This document shows positions 18,456 to 28,282 of a stretch of 64,000 bases of DNA, one piece after another. Within the stretch, counting starts at the first letter, position 1; each line of letters opens with the position of its first letter. The stretch lies in IMG/VR virus record IMGVR_UViG_3300010354_004913, positions 1 through 64,000 of that record. One strand, given 5' to 3'. Below the pieces are notes generated by a model. The model was not told where the DNA came from and did not search any database. It saw only the letters and a program-made list of their open reading frames with translations. Both the position numbers and the translations under genes were made by a program. This DNA comes from a virus.

Positions 18456-19512
18456 CATTCATACCTATGCTGACGACAGTATTAAATCAACTATTCAAAA
18501 TATTTTAGATTTCACTCTATCTAATCTTTATGTCAAAGGGTACAAAGCCATTGTCAATGTCGACGAAGATGAAATTTTACAACTTGCTAAAGACTACGAC
18601 TATGCTGTAGTAATGAGTCCAGGAACTGAATTTATTAATGGTGTTGAGTTTTTTAATTCTTTAGAAAAATTAATAGAAAAAGATTTTTTTATTGCCGGTC
18701 ATATCTTAGATAGATCTTTATATCACGCATACTATGAACTACATCATCAATGTTATGTAGTTAATATGATGTATTATAAATTTCTAAATTGTCCAACGGT
18801 AGGTAAATTATCTAAAAATAGCCCGCATTCTCAAATTGTACCAATAAAATCAATAGAAAATTGGCACGATGATTACACACCTAAGATTGTATCAAAAGGC
18901 ACTAGAATTCAAGAGTATCATCACAAATGTCATGGATGGAATTTATTAAAACATGCCTTTGAAAATAATCTTAATGTATTAGTATTTGACGAATCAATAC
19001 GTAATAATAAAAAACATTACTACCCCGAAAGCAAAGAAGACTACGACAAAAATGCTTCATATATCGACCAGAAGTTTAATTATTGTAAAAAAGAATTTGT
19101 ACATACAGATAACACTGAATGGGCTAATGAAATTAATGGAACTTACAATCAAATTGCAATTCCGGCCAGTGGCACTTTATATTTGAATTTAATTGAAAAA
19201 GGAAATGTTATTTTCTTTGACTACAACCAACGTTCATTAGACTATTGGATGGAAAATTGTATAAGGAAGCAAGGAATAAATTATAAATTTGTCAAAACAG
19301 ATCTTCTTAACGACCTAGTATTAATCGACCATTTAGACCCAGATTTAAAAACATTGGTAAATTTATCTAATATATTTTGCTACGAAGGAACCGCAGCAAA
19401 GTATTCTTTAAAGCATAGACTGACAGCACAGAATAATCTTGTATCTGCTCTAAAAAATAAAGTTAAAGATATCAATATAAACTTTACTATTAGAGCAGAC
19501 GACGGTCATTGA
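18421..19512 (+). CDS. hypothetical protein of the enzyme island
   Basis: 363-aa coupled ORF; no confident family. Confidence 0.55.
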   Translation: MKNKIIFCVVNDIHTYADDSIKSTIQNILDFTLSNLYVKGYKAIVNVDEDEILQLAKDYDYAVVMSPGTEFINGVEFFNSLEKLIEKDFFIAGHILDRSLYHAYYELHHQCYVVNMMYYKFLNCPTVGKLSKNSPHSQIVPIKSIENWHDDYTPKIVSKGTRIQEYHHKCHGWNLLKHAFENNLNVLVFDESIRNNKKHYYPESKEDYDKNASYIDQKFNYCKKEFVHTDNTEWANEINGTYNQIAIPASGTLYLNLIEKGNVIFFDYNQRSLDYWMENCIRKQGINYKFVKTDLLNDLVLIDHLDPDLKTLVNLSNIFCYEGTAAKYSLKHRLTAQNNLVSALKNKVKDININFTIRADDGH

Positions 19513-20007
19513 CTACAAATATTCTGTTACTTGTAAAACTATTCTTGGCATATGTCCTATATTAGCAGCGCCATGAATATCTTGTGATGTATTATAAATG
19601 TATACGTCACCTTTTTTATAACCTGTTATCATATGATCGTTTAGAACAAAAATATGACCGGAATGATAATCTTGCATTGGAACCCAATACCTGAGACATT
19701 GCTCGTCATGTGTATGAGGATCAGTGTGCATAGGCATAAATTGTCCCGGAGTTAATTTTGTAATCCACCAATGATATTTTCCTGAAACCCAGGGTGGTTG
19801 AGGAACGTCAAAAGATACATCTTTCCTTTCATACACCCACCAGTTTACTGAATTAAGATTATATCCTGCTGCCTTTGCTCTTTTATATTCGTCAGTTTCG
19901 ACAGAATTAACAGCCGGCCAATCTCTAGGTCGTGCTTGGCCATCTTTAGATAAGATTTCAGCTACCCATTGATCTTGAATAAAATTAAAATTTCCTACAA
20001 ATTTCAT
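19513..20007 (-). CDS. Fe(II)/2OG-type oxygenase, paralogue of 12229-12714
   Basis: PMHTDPH, PMQDYHSGH, HGAANIG. Confidence 0.7.
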   Translation of the reverse strand: MKFVGNFNFIQDQWVAEILSKDGQARPRDWPAVNSVETDEYKRAKAAGYNLNSVNWWVYERKDVSFDVPQPPWVSGKYHWWITKLTPGQFMPMHTDPHTHDEQCLRYWVPMQDYHSGHIFVLNDHMITGYKKGDVYIYNTSQDIHGAANIGHMPRIVLQVTEYL

Positions 20008-20606
20008 TCTACTCTAGGCCCGTTTGCGATAAATGTGGCACAAATCCATTTATGACCTTTAGTTATAGGAGTCGACTCGTGTATACTTGATTGATTTACT
20101 TCTTCATCAGGGTAATCATATTCTAATACAATCATATCACCTTTACTAGGCTTAACAGAAAATCCCAATATAGGAAAATCTAATTCGCCTCCTTCATAAT
20201 CGTCATTCAAGTAAAAAATTGCAGTGTATTTTCTATCACCGCCCTTTTCATAATATTTTATCTTTTTTGGATCAATTGGATAATCAACGTGTAGATCAAA
20301 AAATTGTCCTACATCATACCTATAAATATCACCAGCTTCGATATAGCTTCTCGGTATGCCTGCTACTGATGTTACATAAGTCCATAAATGTTCTCTAATT
20401 TCTTGAGGGGTATTCCAACTAATAAATCTTTGTTCAATTCCTTCATGGACTTGTCCGTAAGACTGTTGAGCAGACTCCCAACCTGCCCTCATATTCATAC
20501 CTTCATTTGTGAACTTATTAATTATAAAATCACAATAATTGTGATCTACTACATTTTTATAAAGAACAACACCTGGTATTTCTGAATAAACTATTTTTTC
20601 ATTCAT
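20004..20606 (-). CDS. prolyl 4-hydroxylase-like 2OG-Fe(II) oxygenase
   Basis: Y..GQ.F..HVD, R.YT...YLND.YEGGE..FP, HES.P...G.KW. Confidence 0.85.
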   Translation of the reverse strand: MNEKIVYSEIPGVVLYKNVVDHNYCDFIINKFTNEGMNMRAGWESAQQSYGQVHEGIEQRFISWNTPQEIREHLWTYVTSVAGIPRSYIEAGDIYRYDVGQFFDLHVDYPIDPKKIKYYEKGGDRKYTAIFYLNDDYEGGELDFPILGFSVKPSKGDMIVLEYDYPDEEVNQSSIHESTPITKGHKWICATFIANGPRVE

Positions 20607-20610
20607 AGTA

Positions 20611-21426
20611 TTAATACCTCTCTAAATGATCTATTCCTAATTTGATTCTAAACTCTTTTGTAAATTTACAATCGACTCTAAGACCGTATTCGATTTCTTT
20701 CGATTCTTCTCCACCATGCCAGTCTTGATCGTTCCAAAAAGCAGCATTACTATTCACATAATGTTTGTTTTGTTGTTCTGGATCCCAAACATAAAATCCT
20801 CGTTTAGTTCGATAACGGATATGAATAAATTCATTATTATGAGGACTGTATTGCTTATCATCATGAATACCATTATTAGCATCTAGATCTCGATGTTCGA
20901 ACGCTCGCCCATTATGATCGCAATGAAAAAATATTACTCTACCAATCCTATCAATTATACCTTGTTCTTGTAAATTTTCTACCCATTCTACAACTCCGGG
21001 AAAAAATTTACTTTCTTCTGTGCGCTGACGAGTAGCATTACGTTCGTTCCAGTCACCCTCATTCCATAAAAAATAATAAATGTACGGATCGTTGGCATCA
21101 AGTGTTGTTTTTAAATATCTAGTAAAAATATTACGTTGCTTATAGTCACCAAAATTTTTAGGTACTAGATCTCGACCGACAATTTTTATAGGATGATCTT
21201 CGGGAAGTTTTTGATACTCTTCCCAAGCCTTGTATATTGGCTTCCAGTTCATTATATAACTGGCATCTTTCCAGTCGAACCCTGGAGCCATCCAAGTTCC
21301 TTCTTTAGCATAATCTCTAGCTAGGGCAAATCCTTTACATATCTCAGGATGTAATTTTTTGAATCCGTCAACATCTAAAAAAGGGTCTAAGTTAATATAA
21401 GGCCTACCGCCAATTCCTCTAATCAT
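20611..21426 (-). CDS. Fe(II)/2OG-type oxygenase-like protein
   Basis: EHRD ... DWHGG ... LRVD; start moved to MIRGIGG (21426) just behind a TAAATA motif. Confidence 0.55.
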   Translation of the reverse strand: MIRGIGGRPYINLDPFLDVDGFKKLHPEICKGFALARDYAKEGTWMAPGFDWKDASYIMNWKPIYKAWEEYQKLPEDHPIKIVGRDLVPKNFGDYKQRNIFTRYLKTTLDANDPYIYYFLWNEGDWNERNATRQRTEESKFFPGVVEWVENLQEQGIIDRIGRVIFFHCDHNGRAFEHRDLDANNGIHDDKQYSPHNNEFIHIRYRTKRGFYVWDPEQQNKHYVNSNAAFWNDQDWHGGEESKEIEYGLRVDCKFTKEFRIKLGIDHLERY

Positions 21427-21431
21427 GACAA

Positions 21432-21448
21432 TATTTATGTAATAAATA
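21432..21448. promoter_or_regulatory. back-to-back late-type promoters
   Basis: TAAATA on minus (21432-21437) and plus (21443-21448) between divergent genes. Confidence 0.55.
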
Positions 21449-21473
21449 TAACTGCCGCTAAAATTGAACAATC

Positions 21474-22619
21474 ATGTCGCATTGCCCTTGGACCTATCGA
21501 GCACTAGCTATCTCTGGAGATGATTTTTTACCTTGTTGTCGATTTCAAGGAAATTTTGTCATAGAAAATAATGACTTAAATGCCTCTTACAAAAATGGCA
21601 AAATTTCAGAATTTCGTCGTCGCCTAGACAACGGAGAAAAATTACAAGAGTGCAATGACTGTTGGTTTAATGAAAAAATAGGCGTTAAGTCTATGAGACA
21701 ACAGGGACTTGATATGTGGGGTGAAGTTAGAACTCCAGAAATTCAATTTGTTGAACTTGACTTAGATAACACTTGTAATCTAAAATGTGTGAGCTGTAAC
21801 TCGAGACAGAGTAGTTCTTTAGTTGCTGAAGAAATAAAGTTATACGGAAAACAAGTTTTTGCTGAAAGAAAAATTACAGATCATTTTAAACAGCTAGATT
21901 TTTCAAAATTAAAAATTGTAAAACTAATCGGCGGCGAACCTTTTTTAAGTAAAAAAATAACAGATGCTTGCCAACATATTTTAGAAAAAAGAATAGAAAA
22001 CGATTTAGAACTTTGGATTAACACTAATTGTACTGTATTACCAAATGACACAGTTCAAGAGTTAATAATGAATTGTAGACAACTACATTTAAATCTTAGC
22101 ATAGACGGATACAAAGATTTAAATAATTTTGTAAGAAATGACACTGTGTGGGAAGATTTAGTAAGTAACTTAAAAAGATTTAATGAATATATTAATCAAC
22201 GAGGAAACAAATCAACGTTTATAAGTATAAATTTTGTTGTTCATCTGTATAATGCAAATAAAATACACGAATTACAAACTTGGATTAAACATAATTTTCC
22301 GAAATTTAATATTGAGATTACAGCACTAGTTACGCCAAAATTTTTATCTTTGGTACATGCTCCAGCTGATTATAAAATTTACTTAGAAAATTACTTTAGA
22401 ACACACAATCTAAATAATCTAATACCGTTTTTAAAAGAATCGAATCAGAATTTATTTGATTACTTTTATGCTTATCATCATCTTTTAGTTGATCTTAGAC
22501 AAAAAGACATTAACGATTCTAACCCAGAATTATTCGAATACATAAAACAATATGTGCCAACTAGACACATGAGCAAAGATGAAGTATTTTCTTTAAGGAC
22601 ATTCGAGAGTGGACTTTGA
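21474..22619 (+). CDS. radical SAM protein with N-terminal twitch/SPASM-like domain
   Basis: CNLKCVSC, GGEP, SIDG; N-terminal CPW...PCC...C..CW. Confidence 0.85.
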   Translation: MSHCPWTYRALAISGDDFLPCCRFQGNFVIENNDLNASYKNGKISEFRRRLDNGEKLQECNDCWFNEKIGVKSMRQQGLDMWGEVRTPEIQFVELDLDNTCNLKCVSCNSRQSSSLVAEEIKLYGKQVFAERKITDHFKQLDFSKLKIVKLIGGEPFLSKKITDACQHILEKRIENDLELWINTNCTVLPNDTVQELIMNCRQLHLNLSIDGYKDLNNFVRNDTVWEDLVSNLKRFNEYINQRGNKSTFISINFVVHLYNANKIHELQTWIKHNFPKFNIEITALVTPKFLSLVHAPADYKIYLENYFRTHNLNNLIPFLKESNQNLFDYFYAYHHLLVDLRQKDINDSNPELFEYIKQYVPTRHMSKDEVFSLRTFESGL

Positions 22620-23298
22620 ATATTATTATAATTATGTTCCAGGAAAAGGCTTTTGTAGGAACAATTTAATCTATACCAGCTTGATTAGCAAAGATCGTAA
22701 AACTTTTTGTCAATGGTACTTCAATGATACTGAATATCATCGAGGCCAAAATCAGGTTGTGGATCCAGCTCTAATGGATGAAAAATTCAATAGAGAAGTT
22801 AAGTTTTTAAGTGTTATGGGAAAACATTATCCAACTATGGTTCCAAAATTTGATATCGACATAGACAAGAAAAAAATCTACTTAGAAATAGATGGTCCCG
22901 ATATGTGGGAAATGGTAGGATGCTCAGGAACTGACTATTCAAGAGCTTTACCAGATTGGGATACACAGATGCTTAAAATCTTTGAGGCACACAAAAATCT
23001 AGGATTATTTAAATATAGCTTACATCCGTCTAGTTATTTTGTAGTAAACGGAGAACTAAAAAGTATGAATTATTTTTTCACATATGATTTAGAAGATTCT
23101 GATATGTCTATAAAAAGTGTGCTTAGTCACATTAGCGAAGATAGACAAAAAGATTTATTCCCTAAAATTAAAGCAATGGGGTTTAATCTAGACAATCCAG
23201 TTCCGCATAACAAATTACAGCACTTAGCGTTTGAAAGCTTTAAAACAAATTTTAAAGAATCAGTAATGAATAGGGCAAAAGAGATTTATGATATTTGA
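22609..23298 (+). CDS. degenerate protein-kinase-like fold protein
   Basis: F.RE..F, P....D....KIYLE, KYSLHP, paralogous to 27605-28282. Confidence 0.4.
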   Translation: MDFEYYYNYVPGKGFCRNNLIYTSLISKDRKTFCQWYFNDTEYHRGQNQVVDPALMDEKFNREVKFLSVMGKHYPTMVPKFDIDIDKKKIYLEIDGPDMWEMVGCSGTDYSRALPDWDTQMLKIFEAHKNLGLFKYSLHPSSYFVVNGELKSMNYFFTYDLEDSDMSIKSVLSHISEDRQKDLFPKIKAMGFNLDNPVPHNKLQHLAFESFKTNFKESVMNRAKEIYDI

Positions 23299-24265
23299 TC
23301 CTTACATTAAACTTTTAGATATTTACTACGGTGGCAAATGTAACCTTTCTTGTTATCAATGCGACACAAGAAGCGACTTAATAAAGTCTACTGAAAATGA
23401 TCCAGAACTATCAACAATTTTAGAAGGAATAACTTTAGCTAGAGACAAATTCCAAGTTGATCTTTATAGTGTGATAGGTGGCGAGCCATTGCTATATCTA
23501 GAAAAAATTGATTTGATATTATCACATATAAGAAAAATAGACCCTAAAGCAAAAATACAGTTTTCAACTAACGGTACATTATTATCTAAAAAGTTAGATG
23601 CTGTTGCTGAGCTAATGTTAAAACATAGTTGTAGTTTATTTGTTTGTAATCACTTTGCTGCTTTTGATACAAACATGACTGAAAAAATTACTGAAAGTGT
23701 AAATCAGTTAGTGAAAAAATTAAACTTAGAAAAAGGTGACGCCAATAATTTTTTTAAAGAGTTTATAGGTCTCGATAATCCTAGAAAAGATCCTTATATG
23801 GCAAAGTGGATTAAAGAAAGAAAAGAATATTTTTTAGGAGAACAACCTAACGATCATTATTATTATAACAATGATATGTTTGTACACTTTAGACCTCAAA
23901 CTACATTTCATAAAAACTATGTGATGATTAACGGTAAACCTAAACCACATATGACTGGACTTCCACATGTGTCTTTTAAAGACGGATGTAGCAGTGTTCT
24001 TTGTAATTTTTTAATAGGAAAGAAATTATATAAATGTGCAGCACTGGGAACACTTAAACAACTTCTTACACATTACGACTGTCTTGACGATCTCGACTGG
24101 CAAAAATATTTAAATTACGAATATTTAGATTTAGAAACTTGTGAGTATATAGATATAACTAAATTTCATTTAGGAAAATTCTGTTCAATAGCAGAATGTG
24201 ACATGTGTGGGACACAAGAATTTAATAGAACTAAAGAACATGTTATCCATATACAAACTAGTTGA
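23288..24265 (+). CDS. radical SAM protein
   Basis: CNLSCYQC, GGEP, STNG, LYKC...CDMC. Confidence 0.85.
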   Translation: MIFDPYIKLLDIYYGGKCNLSCYQCDTRSDLIKSTENDPELSTILEGITLARDKFQVDLYSVIGGEPLLYLEKIDLILSHIRKIDPKAKIQFSTNGTLLSKKLDAVAELMLKHSCSLFVCNHFAAFDTNMTEKITESVNQLVKKLNLEKGDANNFFKEFIGLDNPRKDPYMAKWIKERKEYFLGEQPNDHYYYNNDMFVHFRPQTTFHKNYVMINGKPKPHMTGLPHVSFKDGCSSVLCNFLIGKKLYKCAALGTLKQLLTHYDCLDDLDWQKYLNYEYLDLETCEYIDITKFHLGKFCSIAECDMCGTQEFNRTKEHVIHIQTS

Positions 24266-24812
24266 ATGGAATGAAAACTTAGACTTAACAGAATTTTATG
24301 CCGAAGCTGCAAAAAGAGGGCATATTAACAATACAAGTCAAAAGGTAATGATTGATTGTTTTCGTAATGAGAAAAGATCACAAGTTTGGATACTTTATAA
24401 AAATGATCAAGCAATAGGCAGTGTAGCCGCACATACATTTCCCGAAATGGGGGATAACAGTTATCGTATTTTAGCAAGAACTTGTGTTCTTGATGGTGTG
24501 ATTCCTAATAGCGGACATGGTTTAGGTACAGGAAGGTGGTATATACAACAGCATCAAAACTTTACCTGTCAATTTTATATTCCTAAAATGATAGAATGGT
24601 GTGGTATAGATTCTAACATGTATGCTACAAGTAATCAATTAGCTAGCGGAAGTCAACGCAAAGTACATAACATTTACTTTCCTTTATTAGAAAAACAAGG
24701 AGAGTTTATTAGAACAAAAGAAATGTATTACAGAGGAACAGAACAAACAATATGGAAATTAAATCCTATAACGTTTTTAGAAAATTTAGAACGTTATGTT
24801 CGTTGGATCTAA
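24240..24812 (+). CDS. GNAT-fold-like protein
   Basis: beta-strand pattern WILY....IGSVAAH...YRI..R; weak assignment. Confidence 0.4.
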   Translation: MLSIYKLVEWNENLDLTEFYAEAAKRGHINNTSQKVMIDCFRNEKRSQVWILYKNDQAIGSVAAHTFPEMGDNSYRILARTCVLDGVIPNSGHGLGTGRWYIQQHQNFTCQFYIPKMIEWCGIDSNMYATSNQLASGSQRKVHNIYFPLLEKQGEFIRTKEMYYRGTEQTIWKLNPITFLENLERYVRWI

Positions 24813-25379
24813 CTTTGGGTTCATTCTTCTTAGTTCTCTCATAACATAATCAGTACACTTCCATCTAAATTCTATCTGTCTTATGTTCGGATATTTTGTC
24901 CAAAATAATATAGTATCTACGATTTCTTTATGAGAAATATTAAAGTCACTGCTGATCGATTCAGGTTTATCATCTTTCGGAGTTCCTTCTATAAAGGTAA
25001 GATCTAAATGTAATATAGGAATTCCGTTAGGATCCAATCCTATTTTTCGGCATATTTCTCCTAACTCTTGTTTGTCTCTAGCATACCTAGTATAAAATAT
25101 TCCAGCATAATGTCTACTTACGCTACCCATAACAATCATTTTTGAAACTTTGTCTTTTAAGGCGTAAATCAGTTTTGCTTGCTGTCTTTCAAAGTACGCA
25201 TTATTAATAAACAAATCAGCTCCCGAAGCTACTTTTACAATCTTATCAAAATCTTTAGTAATGTCGTGTCCATTACTTCTACTTAAACCAATGACTTCAT
25301 TAGAACTATCGGCTTTAAAACTATCGTAGATACTTTTTCCTATTCCATAGGTATGACCAGTTATAACTATTTTAGTCAT
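24786..25379 (-). CDS. short-chain dehydrogenase/reductase (short form)
   Basis: ITGHTYGIG, FINNA, GS, Y...K. Confidence 0.75.
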   Translation of the reverse strand: MTKIVITGHTYGIGKSIYDSFKADSSNEVIGLSRSNGHDITKDFDKIVKVASGADLFINNAYFERQQAKLIYALKDKVSKMIVMGSVSRHYAGIFYTRYARDKQELGEICRKIGLDPNGIPILHLDLTFIEGTPKDDKPESISSDFNISHKEIVDTILFWTKYPNIRQIEFRWKCTDYVMRELRRMNPKLDPTNITF

Positions 25380-25848
25380 TGATATTAAATCCTATTCTTA
25401 TAACATTTGGATTTGAAATCCAAAATTGAATTGTTTTAATAATTAAAGCCGAATCTTTATATGACGAACTTGTTAAATCTAGTAATAGGTATTGTGTTTT
25501 AGATTTTATACCAGCGTAATAATAAAAAACGTCTTCTAATTGAATCTTGTCTTCGCTATATTTAGGCATAGCAGAGTCGGGAAATTTAGAAGCGATAGAT
25601 CCACACACTATCATTTTATCTATTTTGTTATGTAGATTTTCAATAAATTTTTTTTGAATTCCGTTAGCATAAGAATTGTTTATAAAAATTCCATCTGTGT
25701 CTATTTGGTCGATGATTTCTTGAAAATTTTTTTCGAGGTCATACCCGTTTGATTTGCTAAATCCAATAACTTCATATTGTTGATTAGCAAAAAAATGGTA
25801 AAGGTTTTTACCAAGACCCGAAGTATGACCTGTAATGTATATCTTCAT
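25372..25848 (-). CDS. short-chain dehydrogenase/reductase (short form), tandem paralogue
   Basis: ITGHTSGLG, FINNS, GS, YSEDK. Confidence 0.7.
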   Translation of the reverse strand: MKIYITGHTSGLGKNLYHFFANQQYEVIGFSKSNGYDLEKNFQEIIDQIDTDGIFINNSYANGIQKKFIENLHNKIDKMIVCGSIASKFPDSAMPKYSEDKIQLEDVFYYYAGIKSKTQYLLLDLTSSSYKDSALIIKTIQFWISNPNVIRIGFNIND

Positions 25849-26498
25849 TTAAACCCTCTCGAGTCTACAAGCGTTAACATTGCTATCCATTCTTTATCTG
25901 TTTTATTCCAAGCACTATGAGGCACACGTACATCAATTATAATAGGAGAATCGTTATTTAATTTAATACCATTAATATCAACTCCTAGATCTTCTGTGAT
26001 TATACTTGGTATTTCTAATCCTATAATTACGATATAAAAACGAGGATCATTATTTAAATTACATTCTTCATAAACAGTGTCTTTAGCAAGTTCCAATTCT
26101 GAACGATATAGCTGTTTAAACATTTTTAAATTAAAAGGATGAATATGATTCGGAACAAAACTATTCGGTCCCATTCTTAATACAAAAGATCTTAGTACAT
26201 CTGGTAGCTTTTCAAATTTTTTAATTACATCATTAAAAGTGCTGTTCGAAATTTTTGGTATTAACCATTTATTAAAGTCATATACTATTGCTACTTCAGT
26301 ATCAAACTTAGCACCAGCTGGCAATTCATTGATTATTTCAAGAGGTTCGTCGATGTGATAGTTGTCTAGATTTACTTCTTTATTAGCATCAATGTATTTT
26401 TGTAAATCTATTTTGTTAACTATATTTTTTAAATCACTTGCTATCTCTAGTAACCCTTTGTGATCTACATAGTTGTGAATATTTTTTATTTTTACCAT
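25845..26498 (-). CDS. aspartyl/asparaginyl beta-hydroxylase-like cupin
   Basis: P.S.VP.HIH ... PHSAWN. Confidence 0.55.
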   Translation of the reverse strand: MVKIKNIHNYVDHKGLLEIASDLKNIVNKIDLQKYIDANKEVNLDNYHIDEPLEIINELPAGAKFDTEVAIVYDFNKWLIPKISNSTFNDVIKKFEKLPDVLRSFVLRMGPNSFVPNHIHPFNLKMFKQLYRSELELAKDTVYEECNLNNDPRFYIVIIGLEIPSIITEDLGVDINGIKLNNDSPIIIDVRVPHSAWNKTDKEWIAMLTLVDSRGFK

Positions 26499-27037
26499 AA
26501 GTTAAAAATATATTTTGGTTCTAATCCGCAATTGGTACCAGCATGCCAGTAGCGCCGATCACCCCATTTGTAGGTAGAACCTTGTTGCTGATTGTAAAAA
26601 CATTTACCATTAGCAATAAACACATGACCAAATTGTGGTTTACTAATATGAGAGTGAAATCTAACTTTTGGTGGCAATTTAGAAAGTTCAACTTCATGAT
26701 CATTGACGTCCCAATGCCATGGAGCAAAATGTCCTACATTAATTTTGCTTATCCAAGCAGTATGATATTGGTCTATCTTAAACAATTCACAAAATTTTGT
26801 CACAGATCTTTCATCAAATTGCTTACCAGGAATAAACATCCCCCAACCGACCGTGCCTCCTTCGCTAAGATTTTTATATCCTGCTTTTTCCCATATGGTT
26901 GCAACTTGATCAAGTCCGGGGATATTATCTTCTTTTTTATGACTAGGTCCTATGTAATCAGGTTCTGAATTAGCGCACTGAAGAATAATCTCGTCCCAAT
27001 TTATAATATTTGAACAATTTCCAATATAATCGATCAT
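26492..27037 (-). CDS. Fe(II)/2OG-type oxygenase
   Basis: PWHWD ... GHVF ... WHAGTNCG. Confidence 0.65.
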   Translation of the reverse strand: MIDYIGNCSNIINWDEIILQCANSEPDYIGPSHKKEDNIPGLDQVATIWEKAGYKNLSEGGTVGWGMFIPGKQFDERSVTKFCELFKIDQYHTAWISKINVGHFAPWHWDVNDHEVELSKLPPKVRFHSHISKPQFGHVFIANGKCFYNQQQGSTYKWGDRRYWHAGTNCGLEPKYIFNLW

Positions 27038-27612
27038 CTTGGTGTACCTAAAAAATGAAAAAGATAATAGGGCTCATAGCCACAGTTAGCTCCTGCGTGC
27101 CAATTTTTATAATGATCCCATTCCCATATACCATGTTGTGGTACATCATAAAAAGCGTCATGATCTTCTAATAAAAATACATGGCCGTCTTGAGGCTTAT
27201 CCATGAACACTGTCCAACGTTTTAGATCTCCTTCTAATAGCCATTCTTTTTCATTATCTTCTACATCCCAATGATAAGGCACTAGTCGACCTGGCCATAA
27301 TTCACTGACAAAAACTCTTCGAGGAATAGCATTTACTATTTTAGAAAATATATTTTGTACATTAATATCAAAATGAGTTCCTGGATAATAATCATACCAT
27401 TCAATTTTTTCGAGCTCATAACCAGCCTTATCCCATAACTGTATTACTTCTCTGTATGATCCTAGTAATTCGGGATTGTCCTTCCAACTTCCTTCTGATC
27501 TGTCAACAACAGTTTTCACAGAGTTAAAATCGCCATCGTTCCTTGATTTACATATATCAATAATAGAATCCCAGTTGATTAAACCTTCAGTAGATCCTAC
27601 AAATTTAGCCAT
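27034..27612 (-). CDS. Fe(II)/2OG-type oxygenase, tandem paralogue
   Basis: PYHWD ... GHVF ... WHAGANCG. Confidence 0.65.
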   Translation of the reverse strand: MAKFVGSTEGLINWDSIIDICKSRNDGDFNSVKTVVDRSEGSWKDNPELLGSYREVIQLWDKAGYELEKIEWYDYYPGTHFDINVQNIFSKIVNAIPRRVFVSELWPGRLVPYHWDVEDNEKEWLLEGDLKRWTVFMDKPQDGHVFLLEDHDAFYDVPQHGIWEWDHYKNWHAGANCGYEPYYLFHFLGTPR

Positions 27613-28282
27613 TAAATATTTCCTTGTATATGTAATTCATGTTTTGATATCCCCACAAAACATGAGTACTTAGACTACGCTTAAACATTATTTCTAAATT
27701 TATTAGACCAGTATTCGCAGTTCCAGTTTCCTCAATTCTAAATTTAGCAGTTTCATGTATAATACCTTGCATATATTTTTCTTCAACGAACGGATCATTA
27801 ACTTTAACACATCCATACCAATCAATAGATCGCATGTTATTACTATCATCGATGTAATGACAATGCGGATACATAGTTAATTTATAAACACCTTCTTGAT
27901 ATTGATCTATCATAATATCTTTAATTTGTTTGCGCCATTGATCTTCGGGCCATGGTCTTCCACTGTATATGACTTGATTACAGCTTTCATTATACCATTT
28001 AAGATAAATCTTTTTATTTGTATAATCAACATCTATAATTTCAGGAGCATATAATTTATTTTTAAAATACTCAATCCACTTTAGTTCATTGTCCCAGAAC
28101 CAATCTACCACTTCTTTAGTATAAAGCGGACGATCATTATTATCCAAATATTGGTAATCGTTAGGAAAACTATAATTTTTACAAAATGTTTTTCCGTCCT
28201 CACTTACTAACGGTTCATAAGTTTGCTGAGACATACAGGCAAGTCCAGTATGGTCAAGTTTAAAGTATGGATTCCATTTCAT
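27605..28282 (-). CDS. degenerate protein-kinase-like fold protein
   Basis: KTFCK, NEL.W, APEIIDVD..NKKIYL, SIDWYG (DFG-like). Confidence 0.45.
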   Translation of the reverse strand: MKWNPYFKLDHTGLACMSQQTYEPLVSEDGKTFCKNYSFPNDYQYLDNNDRPLYTKEVVDWFWDNELKWIEYFKNKLYAPEIIDVDYTNKKIYLKWYNESCNQVIYSGRPWPEDQWRKQIKDIMIDQYQEGVYKLTMYPHCHYIDDSNNMRSIDWYGCVKVNDPFVEEKYMQGIIHETAKFRIEETGTANTGLINLEIMFKRSLSTHVLWGYQNMNYIYKEIFNG

